Positions 18,214-27,775 of a stretch of 64,000 bases of DNA are shown here, piece after piece. A program made the position numbers and the translations under genes. Below the pieces are notes generated by a model. The model worked only from the letters and a program-made list of their open reading frames with translations. It did no database searches and was not told the origin of the DNA. Positions within the stretch are counted from its first letter, which is position 1; each line of letters starts with the position of its first letter. The stretch comes from an uncultured Clostridia bacterium (GTDB lineage: Bacteria > Bacillota > Clostridia > Oscillospirales > Acutalibacteraceae), in contig CALBNX010000014.1 of the NCBI GenBank assembly GCA_937896885.1, positions 5,061 to 69,060 of the forward strand, written 5' to 3'.

Positions 18214-20071
18214 TTTTCATCGCCTCCGCTATTGTTCTATGTTTTGTTATGTGGTTTACTGGCACTATACGCAATTGTGTCTTATCTTTTCCATTTTTAT
18301 GTTGTGTCATCTCGTGTTCATCTGTATTAGATTCATTTGTTTCATGATGCAACCATTCAGGATGAAATTTAGCAACAATAGTGCCCATCAATTCTTTTCG
18401 TGAAGCATATTCGACTTTCCTATTTGCATTATCTGATACGATATATGGTTTGCTCTCATCAAATTCTATTCCCCATTCAAAGAATAACTTGAGTTTTGTT
18501 TTCATTGGATTAACACCTGTTTTCATTACAATAAACTGTCCTTTAGGTAGTGATTTGAGTTCATCAGGAGTCATCAATGGTCTTTCAATCATCTGCAAAC
18601 TCTGTGATGGGTCATTCTTACCACGAGATACTGAACCAGACATTACCGTTCTGCTACCTAATGCTTTAGATAATTCTTCGGCAGAACTACTATTAGGTGC
18701 AAATCCACCGAACAAGGTTATCTGTGTATTATCTACAATAATATCAGCACCTTCTTTTCCATAGTTCTTTTCAAGTTGTCTAAAAGATTGAATAATAGGT
18801 ATAATCTGTAATCTACGGGAACGAGAAGCACTAAACATCATTTCTGCAGACTCAATCTTTGGTAGCGTACCAAACTCATCACAGAAAAATACACATCTGT
18901 TTTTGAGTTTACCACCTTGTTCATCGGCTACTGCAAGTATTTCACGATATAACTGTTGGATAATAAGAGATACCATAAAGAATGTGTTAGGATTTTCTTC
19001 AGGCATATTGATAAAGATTGCACACTTTTCTGAGCAGAACTTTTCGGCATCTATTTCGGTATCAAAACACAATAATTGCTCTAACTCTGAATCAAGAAAA
19101 GTATTCAGTCTTGATAATGCTGTACTCATAACACTCGCCATTGTATTTTCGGAAGTAGTGAGAGCCGCACCTGCGAACCACTTTGCTTTATGGTCATCAG
19201 GTAACATAGATATCAAGTTTTGAAATTGATTTTTACCTTTCTCTTGTGTTGGTTCAAGAAGTTCTTGTATGACTTTGAATACGGACACAATATGCCTTTT
19301 GCTTGGCTCACAAAATTCTGCTACAAGCAATATTGTTGCAGTAAGGATACCTTCTGCCGCATCGTAGAAATACGCATTTTGTCCGAATGAAGCGGCATCC
19401 ATACCTGATAAGATAATTGTTTTGGATATAATCTTGGCATATTTCTCTGCTTGTGCTTTGTAAGAGAGTTTATCCGGATTAGCGATATACAAGTCCATAT
19501 ACTTGTTAACGAGGTGCAAGAGGTTGTTTCCGTTTGAACGAGTGGGGTTTCTTAAATCAATTACTGCTACACTATAGCCATAGTCTTTTGCTATGTAGCC
19601 ATAGTTTCGCATAATATCTCCTTTGGTATCAGTTGACAGAAAAGACATACCCGAAGCCAAAGCATATTCTATACAAGGATATAACCAATAAGCAGTTTTA
19701 CCGACACCTGCCGCACCAATCATCAATACATGAACATCTCCTGTATCAACCAATGCAGTTGTGTTATGTTTTCCACCTTTGCAACCTACAACAATTCCTT
19801 GTGGTAATGGTTGTTCTTTCTTTTTTACTGATGCAGTTGGATTTTTGCCTTTTAATGCTTGTTTACGCCATTTTTTCGGAGTGAATAGAACATATTTGTA
19901 AGTCTTCAGTAACTCGGATTTAGTTGCCCATCGAGCAGTACCGTGTTGTCCGTCACCGACAGTTTTGCTCTTAATATTATTCAGGTTGTATATGTGAGTA
20001 ATAAGAGATATACCACCGAGAATACAGAACATTACCCCAAAGGCAATAATCAAAGTTGTAACGCTTGACAT
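18206..20071 (-). CDS. Type IV coupling protein (VirD4/TraG family)
   Basis: N-terminal TM helix, Walker A GAAGVGKT, Walker B-like VFFCDEFGTLP, ~620 aa. Confidence 0.85.
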   Translation of the reverse strand: MSSVTTLIIAFGVMFCILGGISLITHIYNLNNIKSKTVGDGQHGTARWATKSELLKTYKYVLFTPKKWRKQALKGKNPTASVKKKEQPLPQGIVVGCKGGKHNTTALVDTGDVHVLMIGAAGVGKTAYWLYPCIEYALASGMSFLSTDTKGDIMRNYGYIAKDYGYSVAVIDLRNPTRSNGNNLLHLVNKYMDLYIANPDKLSYKAQAEKYAKIISKTIILSGMDAASFGQNAYFYDAAEGILTATILLVAEFCEPSKRHIVSVFKVIQELLEPTQEKGKNQFQNLISMLPDDHKAKWFAGAALTTSENTMASVMSTALSRLNTFLDSELEQLLCFDTEIDAEKFCSEKCAIFINMPEENPNTFFMVSLIIQQLYREILAVADEQGGKLKNRCVFFCDEFGTLPKIESAEMMFSASRSRRLQIIPIIQSFRQLEKNYGKEGADIIVDNTQITLFGGFAPNSSSAEELSKALGSRTVMSGSVSRGKNDPSQSLQMIERPLMTPDELKSLPKGQFIVMKTGVNPMKTKLKLFFEWGIEFDESKPYIVSDNANRKVEYASRKELMGTIVAKFHPEWLHHETNESNTDEHEMTQHKNGKDKTQLRIVPVNHITKHRTIAEAMKNG

Positions 20072-20967
20072 TGTTTTTTTACCTCACTTTCTTTAGAAAA
20101 TACTAAATCCTCATTCCAATCTTTGTGCTTTGGAACGAGGATTTTTGATTTAATATTTAATTCATTTAGTTTGTTTTGAATTCGTTTGTTAGCTTCTAGT
20201 CCAGGATTATCATTATCAAAGCATAGATAAGTGAATTGGATATTAGGATTGTCTTTAAGACATTGAAAAAGCACCCTGTCCGATACAGAACAAGATGCCG
20301 CATAACTGTGTTTTTTCCAAGCTTTTTTATGCATTGAGATAAAGGATAGCAAATCAATTGGTGCTTCGAATAGAAATAGATATTTACTTTTTCCATGCCA
20401 ATGAAAACTGTATTCTGGAATACTGCCACTAGCATTTCCTTTGTATGTACTACCTTCACCAATCCCTCTCATATGAGCATGACGGGGTATACCGTTCTCA
20501 TCATAGCCGAGAAATACAACACTGTGATAATCTTTTGATTCATAGAGCATTTGCTCATGAAAAAATGAGTATATGATTTCTTTATCTATTCCTCGTTTAA
20601 CGATTAAGTAGTTAATCATTCGGCTCATATCATCGCTTTTAGGCGGAGGTATAAATTCTTTGCTTTTGTTTGTTTTCTTTACTTGCTGTGTATGGGTTAT
20701 CGCACAACAACTATTGCCAAGTAAGTATTCCATAGCACCTTGAAAAGACTTGTTATAGAACTTATGAACAAAATCAATCGTATCCCCGCCAACTCTTTCA
20801 TATTGATGGAACCATAAGTTATCTCTTATGGTTATTTTTTGTGAGTTGCAGAACCACTCATATTCTGAACCAGATTTCTTAATTTGCTCACCTTGGCTTT
20901 GCAGAAGACTAACAATATCCGTTTGTCTCGCTTGTCGTTTTTGTTCTTCTGTAAAATGAATATACAT
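20050..20967 (-). CDS. DUF3991/Toprim domain protein (primase-like conjugation protein)
   Basis: Start at MYIHFTEEQ with RBS GGAGGTGGA. Toprim acidic motifs LFLFEAPIDLLS and LCFDNDNPG. Confidence 0.7.
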   Translation of the reverse strand: MYIHFTEEQKRQARQTDIVSLLQSQGEQIKKSGSEYEWFCNSQKITIRDNLWFHQYERVGGDTIDFVHKFYNKSFQGAMEYLLGNSCCAITHTQQVKKTNKSKEFIPPPKSDDMSRMINYLIVKRGIDKEIIYSFFHEQMLYESKDYHSVVFLGYDENGIPRHAHMRGIGEGSTYKGNASGSIPEYSFHWHGKSKYLFLFEAPIDLLSFISMHKKAWKKHSYAASCSVSDRVLFQCLKDNPNIQFTYLCFDNDNPGLEANKRIQNKLNELNIKSKILVPKHKDWNEDLVFSKESEVKKQCQALQL

Positions 20968-21052
20968 TATTCCACCTCCATTAATTATAGTTTTATCTAA
21001 TATCAATAAATTTTTTACCGATATAAAAAATTTATTGAATAACATAAAAAAA

Positions 21053-21079
21053 TGTCACAAAAGCACTTATAGTTTCGAT
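21053..21079 (+). promoter_or_regulatory. ECF-sigma-type promoter motif, copy 4
   Basis: TGTCAC 21053-21058, 17 nt, CGAT 21076-21079, then ATATAAT. Upstream of the three-gene plus-strand insert. Confidence 0.55.
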
Positions 21080-21182
21080 ATATAATTATATAGTCGGTAT
21101 TCAAATAAGAATTATAAACGACTAATATTTTTTAATTGTAGAAAAAAGAATGAATAAAATTATTACAACATAGGTGATTTTT

Positions 21183-21662
21183 ATGATGAATAAGTATAGT
21201 TGGAAAAAGTCATTGTTTAAAAATATTTTTCTTTTATTTTTATTGGTTGGTATAATCATATTAATAGTAGTAATAAGTTATTTGTGGGGAGAACTTATAA
21301 AATCGAATGAATTATTTTGTAGTTTGGTGGGTACTTTTTTAGGTATATTTGTTGCATTAATGTTTGATAGATTAATTGAAAATTTCAAATCAATAAAAAC
21401 ATTAAAGAATTGGCTAATATTATTAGATAAAGAACTTACACCTATTTTACAAATACAGCCTAATTCGAGCATTCAGTTTAATTGTTTACAAAATCTAATT
21501 AATTCACCAGATTTCACATTATTCATGAAAAACGAGGAGCTTTTATTAAGTTTATATAATCTTAATAATAACTTGGAAAAATTCGAAAATGGTCAAAATG
21601 ATAGTAATATAATTAATGCAATAAAAAAAGACATAAAGGTAGTAATTAATTTCATAAAATAA
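21183..21662 (+). CDS. Hypothetical membrane protein (2 TM)
   Basis: RBS AGGTGA then ATG at 21183. TM helices IFLLFLLVGIIILIVVISYLW and LVGTFLGIFVALMF. Confidence 0.5.
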   Translation: MMNKYSWKKSLFKNIFLLFLLVGIIILIVVISYLWGELIKSNELFCSLVGTFLGIFVALMFDRLIENFKSIKTLKNWLILLDKELTPILQIQPNSSIQFNCLQNLINSPDFTLFMKNEELLLSLYNLNNNLEKFENGQNDSNIINAIKKDIKVVINFIK

Positions 21663-21676
21663 AGAGGTGCTTTAAT

Positions 21677-22222
21677 ATGTGCTTAGAACAGAAAAACAAA
21701 AAATTTGATTCGTGCTCACCAAATACTTCACAAGAAGAAAAAACTTATGAAGAAAAGTTAAAAAATAATTATTTACAGAAACTTTTTTTATATACATGGA
21801 ACTCAACTTACAGAACGGTTGAAGAATCATATCTCAAATACAATGGTCAAAAAGTATATATTAATTTTGATGATGAGAATACAGATAATTTTAGTTATGT
21901 TGGAACTTGTGAAATTGAAGATCATGCAATCTTCATTAATGTAAAATCAAAAGAAGATAATGACCAATGTTTAGTGATACTAATGAATGATAAAAATTTT
22001 GATCATGAGTATGACACAATATATTTTAATGTTGGAATGATGCTTTCATATGGTCGTAGAAGTCAATTCCCTGAAAGCAAAACGGTTTTTGCTTGCCAAA
22101 AAAAACTAAACATAAATAGCAACTCAATTTTTAACAGACTAATAAAAGACCAACTTAAAAAATATCAAATTGAACCTAATTTTTTAAAAGAAATTAGTAA
22201 GAAAATAGATAAGGTGGGTTGA
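21677..22222 (+). CDS. Hypothetical soluble protein
   Basis: RBS AAGAGGTG. No recognised motif. Ends in TGA, which shows TGA is a stop codon in this genome. Confidence 0.45.
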   Translation: MCLEQKNKKFDSCSPNTSQEEKTYEEKLKNNYLQKLFLYTWNSTYRTVEESYLKYNGQKVYINFDDENTDNFSYVGTCEIEDHAIFINVKSKEDNDQCLVILMNDKNFDHEYDTIYFNVGMMLSYGRRSQFPESKTVFACQKKLNINSNSIFNRLIKDQLKKYQIEPNFLKEISKKIDKVG

Positions 22223-22229
22223 TGGAAAT

Positions 22230-23276
22230 ATGAGTTCAATAAATATAACAAATGTTGAGGAACTGTTGGAATATAGTAACAACTGCTTTGAAAAAATTAT
22301 GAGAAAGCATATAGTAATTATACTAAATTCACAAAAGAATCTAGCACCATCACCGACTTTAGAATTTGAACATGCAAATTCAATTGAACTTTTTACGGAT
22401 ACTGAATATCAAGAAATTGTGGAAGCTTTTGATGAACTGAAAGTTAAATATTCAATTTATTATGAAGAATTAAGCTTTATGACGGATGTGTTGAATGGCA
22501 ATTTAATTCCTGCTGATATTGTGGTTTTTAATTTTGCAAGAAATGGAATAAAAGAAGGTAAAAAAAGTTTAATTCCGTCTTTTTGCGATTTGTTAAATAT
22601 AATTTACACAGGTTCTGGAGCTTTTGCTCAATCATTATGTAGAAATAAATTTGTATATAATAAATTATTACAACAAATTGGTCTCAAGATGCCAAAAACT
22701 TGTGGATACACTCCTCAAGGGAAATGGATGGGTGGACTAGAACCACATGATTTAGATAAAGTAATTATTAAACCTATTGCTGAAAGTGGAAGTATAGGAG
22801 TATCTAAAGAAATTGTGCACTATAATTCTTTAAATAAAAATGATATTAATTTTATACATAATCAAACTATGTTATTTCAAGAATATATTATCGGTAAAGA
22901 AGTGGAATGTCCATTTTTTGTAATAAATGGTAATGTGATTGCGTTACCAGCAATTGAATTAAAAATAAAGAATCAAAGTTTTTTAGATATAGAAACTTCT
23001 GCGAACAATGATTATACTTTTTCAATTTTCAATACTGAAAAAGCAGTTCAACTTTATCCTTTACTAGATAAGATAGTTTCAACTTTAAACATTAATGGGT
23101 ATGGTCGCGCTGATTTTAGAGTGACTAAAGATGGAGAAATGTTTTTATTTGATGTTGCTACAATGCCCTTTATATGTAAGCATTCTTCTTTTGCTTTTGC
23201 CATGGAATATTTAAATTTAAAAAGGTCTGACATATTTAAAATTATTTTATGTATTGCTCTACATAATAAAGTTTAG
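22230..23276 (+). CDS. ATP-grasp enzyme, D-Ala-D-Ala-ligase-like
   Basis: Ddl-like central and C-terminal signatures: IYTGSGAFAQSLCRNKFVYNKLLQQIGLKMP, VIIKPIAESGSIGV, GYGRADFRVTKDGEMFLFDVATMP. Confidence 0.65.
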   Translation: MSSINITNVEELLEYSNNCFEKIMRKHIVIILNSQKNLAPSPTLEFEHANSIELFTDTEYQEIVEAFDELKVKYSIYYEELSFMTDVLNGNLIPADIVVFNFARNGIKEGKKSLIPSFCDLLNIIYTGSGAFAQSLCRNKFVYNKLLQQIGLKMPKTCGYTPQGKWMGGLEPHDLDKVIIKPIAESGSIGVSKEIVHYNSLNKNDINFIHNQTMLFQEYIIGKEVECPFFVINGNVIALPAIELKIKNQSFLDIETSANNDYTFSIFNTEKAVQLYPLLDKIVSTLNINGYGRADFRVTKDGEMFLFDVATMPFICKHSSFAFAMEYLNLKRSDIFKIILCIALHNKV

Positions 23277-23553
23277 TTAGTCTATTGTTAAGAGTTCAAC
23301 ATTTTTATGTTTTTTACATTTCCAACAGGTATAATATAATTTACTATTTTAATTACTAAAAAATATTATTTGCCAAGATGTAAAGACATACTAAAGCCGA
23401 TAATAATTTTCATTGGTGTCGTTTTTAATCCACTTATATGCTAATTACTACTAAACACGAATGGGTGCTTTTTTTGTAATTCGACTCTTAATAACTAAAA
23501 CTCAATATGATATAATAATATATTATATAAACACTTTTTAAATTAGCTGTTTT

Positions 23554-23580
23554 TGTAACAAAATATTGATAGTATGCGAT
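23554..23580 (+). promoter_or_regulatory. ECF-sigma-type promoter motif, copy 5 (TGTAAC variant)
   Basis: TGTAAC 23554-23559, 17 nt, CGAT 23577-23580. Occupies the same position relative to sRNA copy 2 as motif 1 does to copy 1. Confidence 0.5.
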
Positions 23581-23586
23581 TTGTAA

Positions 23587-23758
23587 ACATTGAGGATGAG
23601 CGATATATTCGTAAGATAGAATGTCAATATTTGACAAACTGTTCTTCATTTTGATAAGAGAATAATTTAACAAAGAACAGTTCACTTCCCATCTCATCTA
23701 TCTGTATCATCCCACACCTCACCCCTAGCCGATGGTTCTCCCCATCGGCTTATTTTTT
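23587..23758 (+). ncRNA. Candidate small RNA, copy 2
   Basis: Shares long identical blocks with copy 1: ATTGAGGATGA, TCGTAAGATAGAA, ATTTTGATAAGA, ACTTCCCATCTCA, ATCTATCTGTATCATCCCACACCTCACCCC. Terminator AGCCGATGGTTC..CCCCATCGGCT (23727-23750) plus T-run. Confidence 0.45.
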
Positions 23759-23819
23759 ATGTAATAAGCACTTATTTAATGAAAAAATTATAATAGTTTA
23801 ATTACAAGATGAATTTTTG

Positions 23820-23846
23820 TGTCACAAAATGATGTAAAAAAACGAT
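23820..23846 (+). promoter_or_regulatory. ECF-sigma-type promoter motif, copy 6
   Basis: TGTCAC 23820-23825, 17 nt, CGAT 23843-23846, then TTATTATAT. Lies 32 nt upstream of ORF 23878. Confidence 0.55.
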
Positions 23847-23877
23847 TTATTATATAAAGAGTTTTTGAGGTGATATA

Positions 23878-24195
23878 ATGAATAAAAAAGAACTATATGA
23901 ACTAAAAAAAGATTTTGAATTTGATTGTTATTTACATGATGACATTTCATATCTCTTTATGAAATATGGCTTCTATGTCTGTATGATATTTTTTGCACTT
24001 AATGCTATTTTCGGTATATCGTCCATTGTTACCTATATTATTATTGGAGATGTTTTTGCTTTAATATTTTCAACTTTAATATCTGCACTTCTTTCTTTGC
24101 TTGGTGCTTTTGTACACATTGTAGGATTGGTAATTTTTAATATTAAATTCAGACAAAAATATCATTACTATAAATATGAAATTTTCTGGCCTTGA
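23878..24195 (+). CDS. Small membrane protein
   Basis: RBS GAGGTGA. Two long TM helices (FYVCMIFFALNAIFGISSIVTYIIIG; LISALLSLLGAFVHIVGLVIF). The 3' end overlaps the convergent relaxase gene. Confidence 0.5.
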   Translation: MNKKELYELKKDFEFDCYLHDDISYLFMKYGFYVCMIFFALNAIFGISSIVTYIIIGDVFALIFSTLISALLSLLGAFVHIVGLVIFNIKFRQKYHYYKYEIFWP

Positions 24196-25574
24196 GCAAT
24201 TTGCTTTTCTTCAATCTTTTGTTGAAGTTTCTTTTCGATGTGTTGATTGATATTATCGTTTTTCTCAATTTCATATTGTATGATTTGAGAAATTCGAGCA
24301 AACAATCTTAACGAGGAAAGAGTAATTGAAGTCGCTGAAACCATGTTATTTACATAACCTTTATGCGATGTCACTTTTGAAGTGGCATCGCTTTTTTGTG
24401 CTCGGACATTATTCTTTATCTCTTTTGTGGTATCTTCAACTACTTCTTGTTGTTCATCTTCTTGTGAGATAAGTTTGAATACTTCATTTACAACTGCATT
24501 ACGAATACTTTTGAATTCTTTGTTTTGTGATAATGGAATCTTCTTTGGCAAATTATCCATATATGTAAGAATAACATTGTTCCTTTGCTCATACCACAGC
24601 GCATACAAAGCAGAGACTTTTTCGTCCTTTGCAATTTCATCAACAATAGCATCAACAATATTTTTAGTTGATTTAGGAAGATAACCATATACCTTTCTAC
24701 CTGTATAATCACCAAGCTCGTTAGTAAGTTTTTTGAATAACATTTCAACTGTTTTATTTCCATAATTACTTTTACTAATTTGCTCACTAATATCGTTGAT
24801 TATTTCTCTACTGCGTTCTTTAATATTGTCACGATATATAGTTTGTTTTGAATAAACTTGTAACAAATCTTGCCTGAATATATCTCTCGCAAATGCAGAC
24901 TTGAGTTTAAGAATTCCTTGTTCTGTCATATACGGTTGCTTGCCTACAGAATAAGCTACCACATGAACATGGGGATGATGACCTTCGTTATGGAATGCCG
25001 CATACCATCTTAAATCTTCAATAGGAATTTTCATGCTCTCTGCTATTGCTGGAACATTAGAACGGATTAACTTTTGCCAAGCATAAGAGTTATCATATCC
25101 TAATCGTTCTGCATCTTCTCTTTTTAAAGATATAATATCAGTCCAGACTATGCCTTCGTGATTAGCAACCGTTTCTGAAACTTTTGATAGATTAATTGGT
25201 ACATTATCATCAGTAAACAAGCCGTGAGAACCTAGTTTTTCAACTCTTGGTCTTTTAGCAATGTACTCAACATACTTTTTTCTTTGATTTATGACTTCAG
25301 GATTATCTTCAATAGCACGAGCTATGAATTCAGAAGCATTTTTTCTTGTCGGTGAAGACAAATAATCTTTGTATTCAAAGTTTGAAGCTGTATCGTTCAA
25401 GTCTTTCAATATTTCTTTAATCAATCTTTGCTGTTCAACAGTTGCAGGCAAGTGTTCCCAAGAGTCATCTTTCTTTTCTACACCATCTCTTGTAGCTATA
25501 TAGTTGATTAAATTTTTTGAATGTTTAACTTTACCCGATTTGATGTATCTGCATTTTAATATTATCTTAGCCAA
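24168..25574 (-). CDS. Relaxase (MobL/MOBP-like mobilisation nuclease)
   Basis: TTG start with RBS AAAGGAAA. N-terminus AKIILKCRYIKSGK, histidine cluster FHNEGHHPHVHVVAYS. Position next to the candidate oriT and an RHH-like accessory gene. Confidence 0.7.
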   Translation of the reverse strand: MAKIILKCRYIKSGKVKHSKNLINYIATRDGVEKKDDSWEHLPATVEQQRLIKEILKDLNDTASNFEYKDYLSSPTRKNASEFIARAIEDNPEVINQRKKYVEYIAKRPRVEKLGSHGLFTDDNVPINLSKVSETVANHEGIVWTDIISLKREDAERLGYDNSYAWQKLIRSNVPAIAESMKIPIEDLRWYAAFHNEGHHPHVHVVAYSVGKQPYMTEQGILKLKSAFARDIFRQDLLQVYSKQTIYRDNIKERSREIINDISEQISKSNYGNKTVEMLFKKLTNELGDYTGRKVYGYLPKSTKNIVDAIVDEIAKDEKVSALYALWYEQRNNVILTYMDNLPKKIPLSQNKEFKSIRNAVVNEVFKLISQEDEQQEVVEDTTKEIKNNVRAQKSDATSKVTSHKGYVNNMVSATSITLSSLRLFARISQIIQYEIEKNDNINQHIEKKLQQKIEEKQIAQGQKISYL

Positions 25575-25588
25575 TAAATATTTCCTTT

Positions 25589-25999
25589 CTATTCATAGTT
25601 TTGAAAAGATACGGCATCTTCAAGTTTAATTGTACCTTGAATTTTTTTGACTTCATCAACGCACATTCCACGAAGGGCAATTAAGGTATCTTTTTCAATA
25701 TTGTTACTTGCCGCAGTTACATGAAGCATCATAGCAATCTCGACTGCCATCTTGAAAAGCAATCTTCCCATTCTATTTTCAAAACTATCAAGCGTTCCTT
25801 TCACAGTTGAGAGAACAACATTAGGTAAGTATTCGCGATAGTTTGGTGCAGTAAGGAAGCCACAATAAAAGATTATTGCTTTTTCAATAAACTCTGATTT
25901 GGTCTTGCACCCATCCTTTTTGTATAGCTCATCTATCTTCAATTCTGTTTCAGGATAATACCATAATTGAAATTTCTTTTTACCTTTTGGATTTGCCAT
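25589..25999 (-). CDS. Relaxosome accessory protein candidate
   Basis: Small basic N-terminus (MANPKGKKKFQLWY) and an SEFIEKAI ribbon-helix-helix-like segment. Immediately upstream of the relaxase. Confidence 0.45.
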   Translation of the reverse strand: MANPKGKKKFQLWYYPETELKIDELYKKDGCKTKSEFIEKAIIFYCGFLTAPNYREYLPNVVLSTVKGTLDSFENRMGRLLFKMAVEIAMMLHVTAASNNIEKDTLIALRGMCVDEVKKIQGTIKLEDAVSFQNYE

Positions 26000-26029
26000 A
26001 TATTATCACTCCTTTTACTCTAAATTTAG

Positions 26030-26360
26030 CAGCAACCCTGCTCTAAATGGCTAAACAGCGTGGTTTCTTGATTTTGCAGTCAAAACACAATTTTTAAGCC
26101 CCATTTGCAACCCACTTTTTTGAAAGTCTAAAACCCCTTGACACAGCCCGCGTTGCGGGCTGTTGTGGTCGAGGAATGGGAGCTTTGCAACCCATCCTCT
26201 TTTTCCTGCAACAAAATCGGACAGTGAAAAACTGCCGATTTTCTCTCATTTGAGTTAGTTTGCAAATTTGCCCCACAAAACCGTTTTTTATTTCTTTGTC
26301 GGAATCGTACTCGATTTTCTATTTAAAAGGCTTTAGAGGGCTTTTCTTGGGGTCACAAAT
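26030..26360. promoter_or_regulatory. Candidate oriT / relaxosome assembly region
   Basis: A 330 bp non-coding, locally GC-rich stretch upstream of the accessory and relaxase genes. GC hairpin ACAGCCCGCGTTGCGGGCTGT. The direct repeat TTTGCAACCCA occurs twice (about 26104 and 26186), with further TGCAAC/TTGCAAA motifs. Confidence 0.45.
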
Positions 26361-26362
26361 CG

Positions 26363-26611
26363 CTATTCTTTGTTTTCATTGCCTGTGGTTGTCACAGGTC
26401 CTTTTTTTCTTCTTTTTAGAGTAGGAACGACTCTGCCACTCCTCATCTCAATAAACTCTCTCACATTCTGTGGTACTACCTTTGCATAAACAACTTCAGT
26501 AGCTTTTTCAAGTTCATCTTCAAGTGTAACACCTTTTTGTGCGAGATAGATTTTTAATGCATTTAACTTTTCTTCATCGTACGAAAAATTAATGGGTACT
26601 TTTTTTATCAT
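26363..26611 (-). CDS. Small conserved ICE protein (RHH-like)
   Basis: Start at MIKKVPINFSYDEEK with RBS AAGGATGTGA, 82 aa. The longer 101 aa version would overlap the upstream gene. Confidence 0.5.
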   Translation of the reverse strand: MIKKVPINFSYDEEKLNALKIYLAQKGVTLEDELEKATEVVYAKVVPQNVREFIEMRSGRVVPTLKRRKKGPVTTTGNENKE

Positions 26612-26625
26612 AAGTTTCACATCCT

Positions 26626-27402
26626 TTACATTTCTTGTATGATAGTTGCTACGGGTTCTTCTATCCACTCTGCAAGATAAGTGGATACATTTTTCATATT
26701 TGCTTTCGATATATCCGTGTCAATCCACTGTGCATCTACTATGCATGAATTCAAAAAATCCATATTTATTACATTAGTTTTTAAGAACTTTGCATTAGAA
26801 AAATTAGAGTGAGTATAAACACCATTTTGCATACCACATTTAATGAATTCAGCATCTGTAAAATCAGCTTCTTCAGCAGTTACTTTTTCCATATAGCAAC
26901 CCTCAAATGATGTTCCGATACATTCTGCAAAGCACATCTGTGTATCATGAAAACTGCAGTTAATGAATTTTGAACCACTTAATATTACGCTATTTAATTC
27001 AAGACCATTGAAGTCATAGCTATCAAAAAACATATTTCTGAAGTCTGCCTGAACACCACCATACTCATCATTAAGCCAAAGATAGTGTTTGGCTATTTGA
27101 ATTTTTATTTCTTGTGGAGTAGGAACAAATAAATTGTCTTTTGTTTCTTCATTGAGATATTCAGGTTTAATAATGAACTGCATTTCTCCACAGTACAGAC
27201 AAGGAACTTCAACTTCTTCTCTTTCTGAAAGCATATCCATTAACAATGTCTGGTCTAATGATTTCATGCCAAACTCCTGACTCATTGAATCAATATCAAG
27301 AAGATAGCGACCATTATGTTGTCCTTTAATAGCTCTCTGAACACATTCGTCAGCTATCTCTTTCATGTTGTCAGTATAGATTTTTAAGTTTTTGTAGTCC
27401 AT
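26626..27402 (-). CDS. Pentapeptide-repeat protein (possible DNA mimic)
   Basis: The C-terminal ~130 aa is made of tandem A(D/N)LxX-type pentapeptides: LELNSVILSGSKFINCSFHDTQMCFAECIGTSFEGCYMEKVTAEEADFTDAEFIKCGMQNGVYTHSNFSNAKFLKTNVINMDFLNSCI. Confidence 0.7.
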   Translation of the reverse strand: MDYKNLKIYTDNMKEIADECVQRAIKGQHNGRYLLDIDSMSQEFGMKSLDQTLLMDMLSEREEVEVPCLYCGEMQFIIKPEYLNEETKDNLFVPTPQEIKIQIAKHYLWLNDEYGGVQADFRNMFFDSYDFNGLELNSVILSGSKFINCSFHDTQMCFAECIGTSFEGCYMEKVTAEEADFTDAEFIKCGMQNGVYTHSNFSNAKFLKTNVINMDFLNSCIVDAQWIDTDISKANMKNVSTYLAEWIEEPVATIIQEM

Positions 27403-27412
27403 CTTCTACACC

Positions 27413-27775
27413 TCACATTGATATATCAGAGTCCATATTCTCTGATATATTTTCAAGATTGATATCGTTACTTATATCAAAAATCTTTCGTGCTTCAGGA
27501 AGAAATGAAGCATACCTTGCATAAGCACTACCTTGCGCATCAACAAGAATCCTATCATTACTGTTTTCAGATAATACAAGCATACAACAACGAACATCAT
27601 CTTCGTAGCCCATGCAATCTCGGTTTTCTAAAATAAAATCATAGTTGTTAAGTAAATGTTTTGAAAAATATTCAAAGTCACTTTGTGTTAACTCTATGAC
27701 TTTTGTTACTTTACATTTTTCAGTTTCAATGTCTGCTTCTTTTCTTCTGAATGTAGCATTAAAAATCAAGTTCAT
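27413..27775 (-). CDS. Hypothetical ICE protein
   Basis: Start at MNLIFNATF with a strong RBS AGGAGGAAA. ATGA overlap with the upstream gene stop. Confidence 0.5.
   Translation of the reverse strand: MNLIFNATFRRKEADIETEKCKVTKVIELTQSDFEYFSKHLLNNYDFILENRDCMGYEDDVRCCMLVLSENSNDRILVDAQGSAYARYASFLPEARKIFDISNDINLENISENMDSDISM

Noticed and set aside
23488-23697. A 69 aa minus-strand ORF overlapping sRNA copy 2.
   Set aside because: The frame is not preserved in the paralogous copy at 1608-1787, and the composition is AT-rich and low-complexity.
26094-26276. A 60 aa ORF in the GC-rich block upstream of the relaxase accessory gene.
   Set aside because: It is Arg/Cys/Pro-rich, has no RBS, and overlaps the hairpin and direct repeats. 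The region is better explained as an oriT-like non-coding region.
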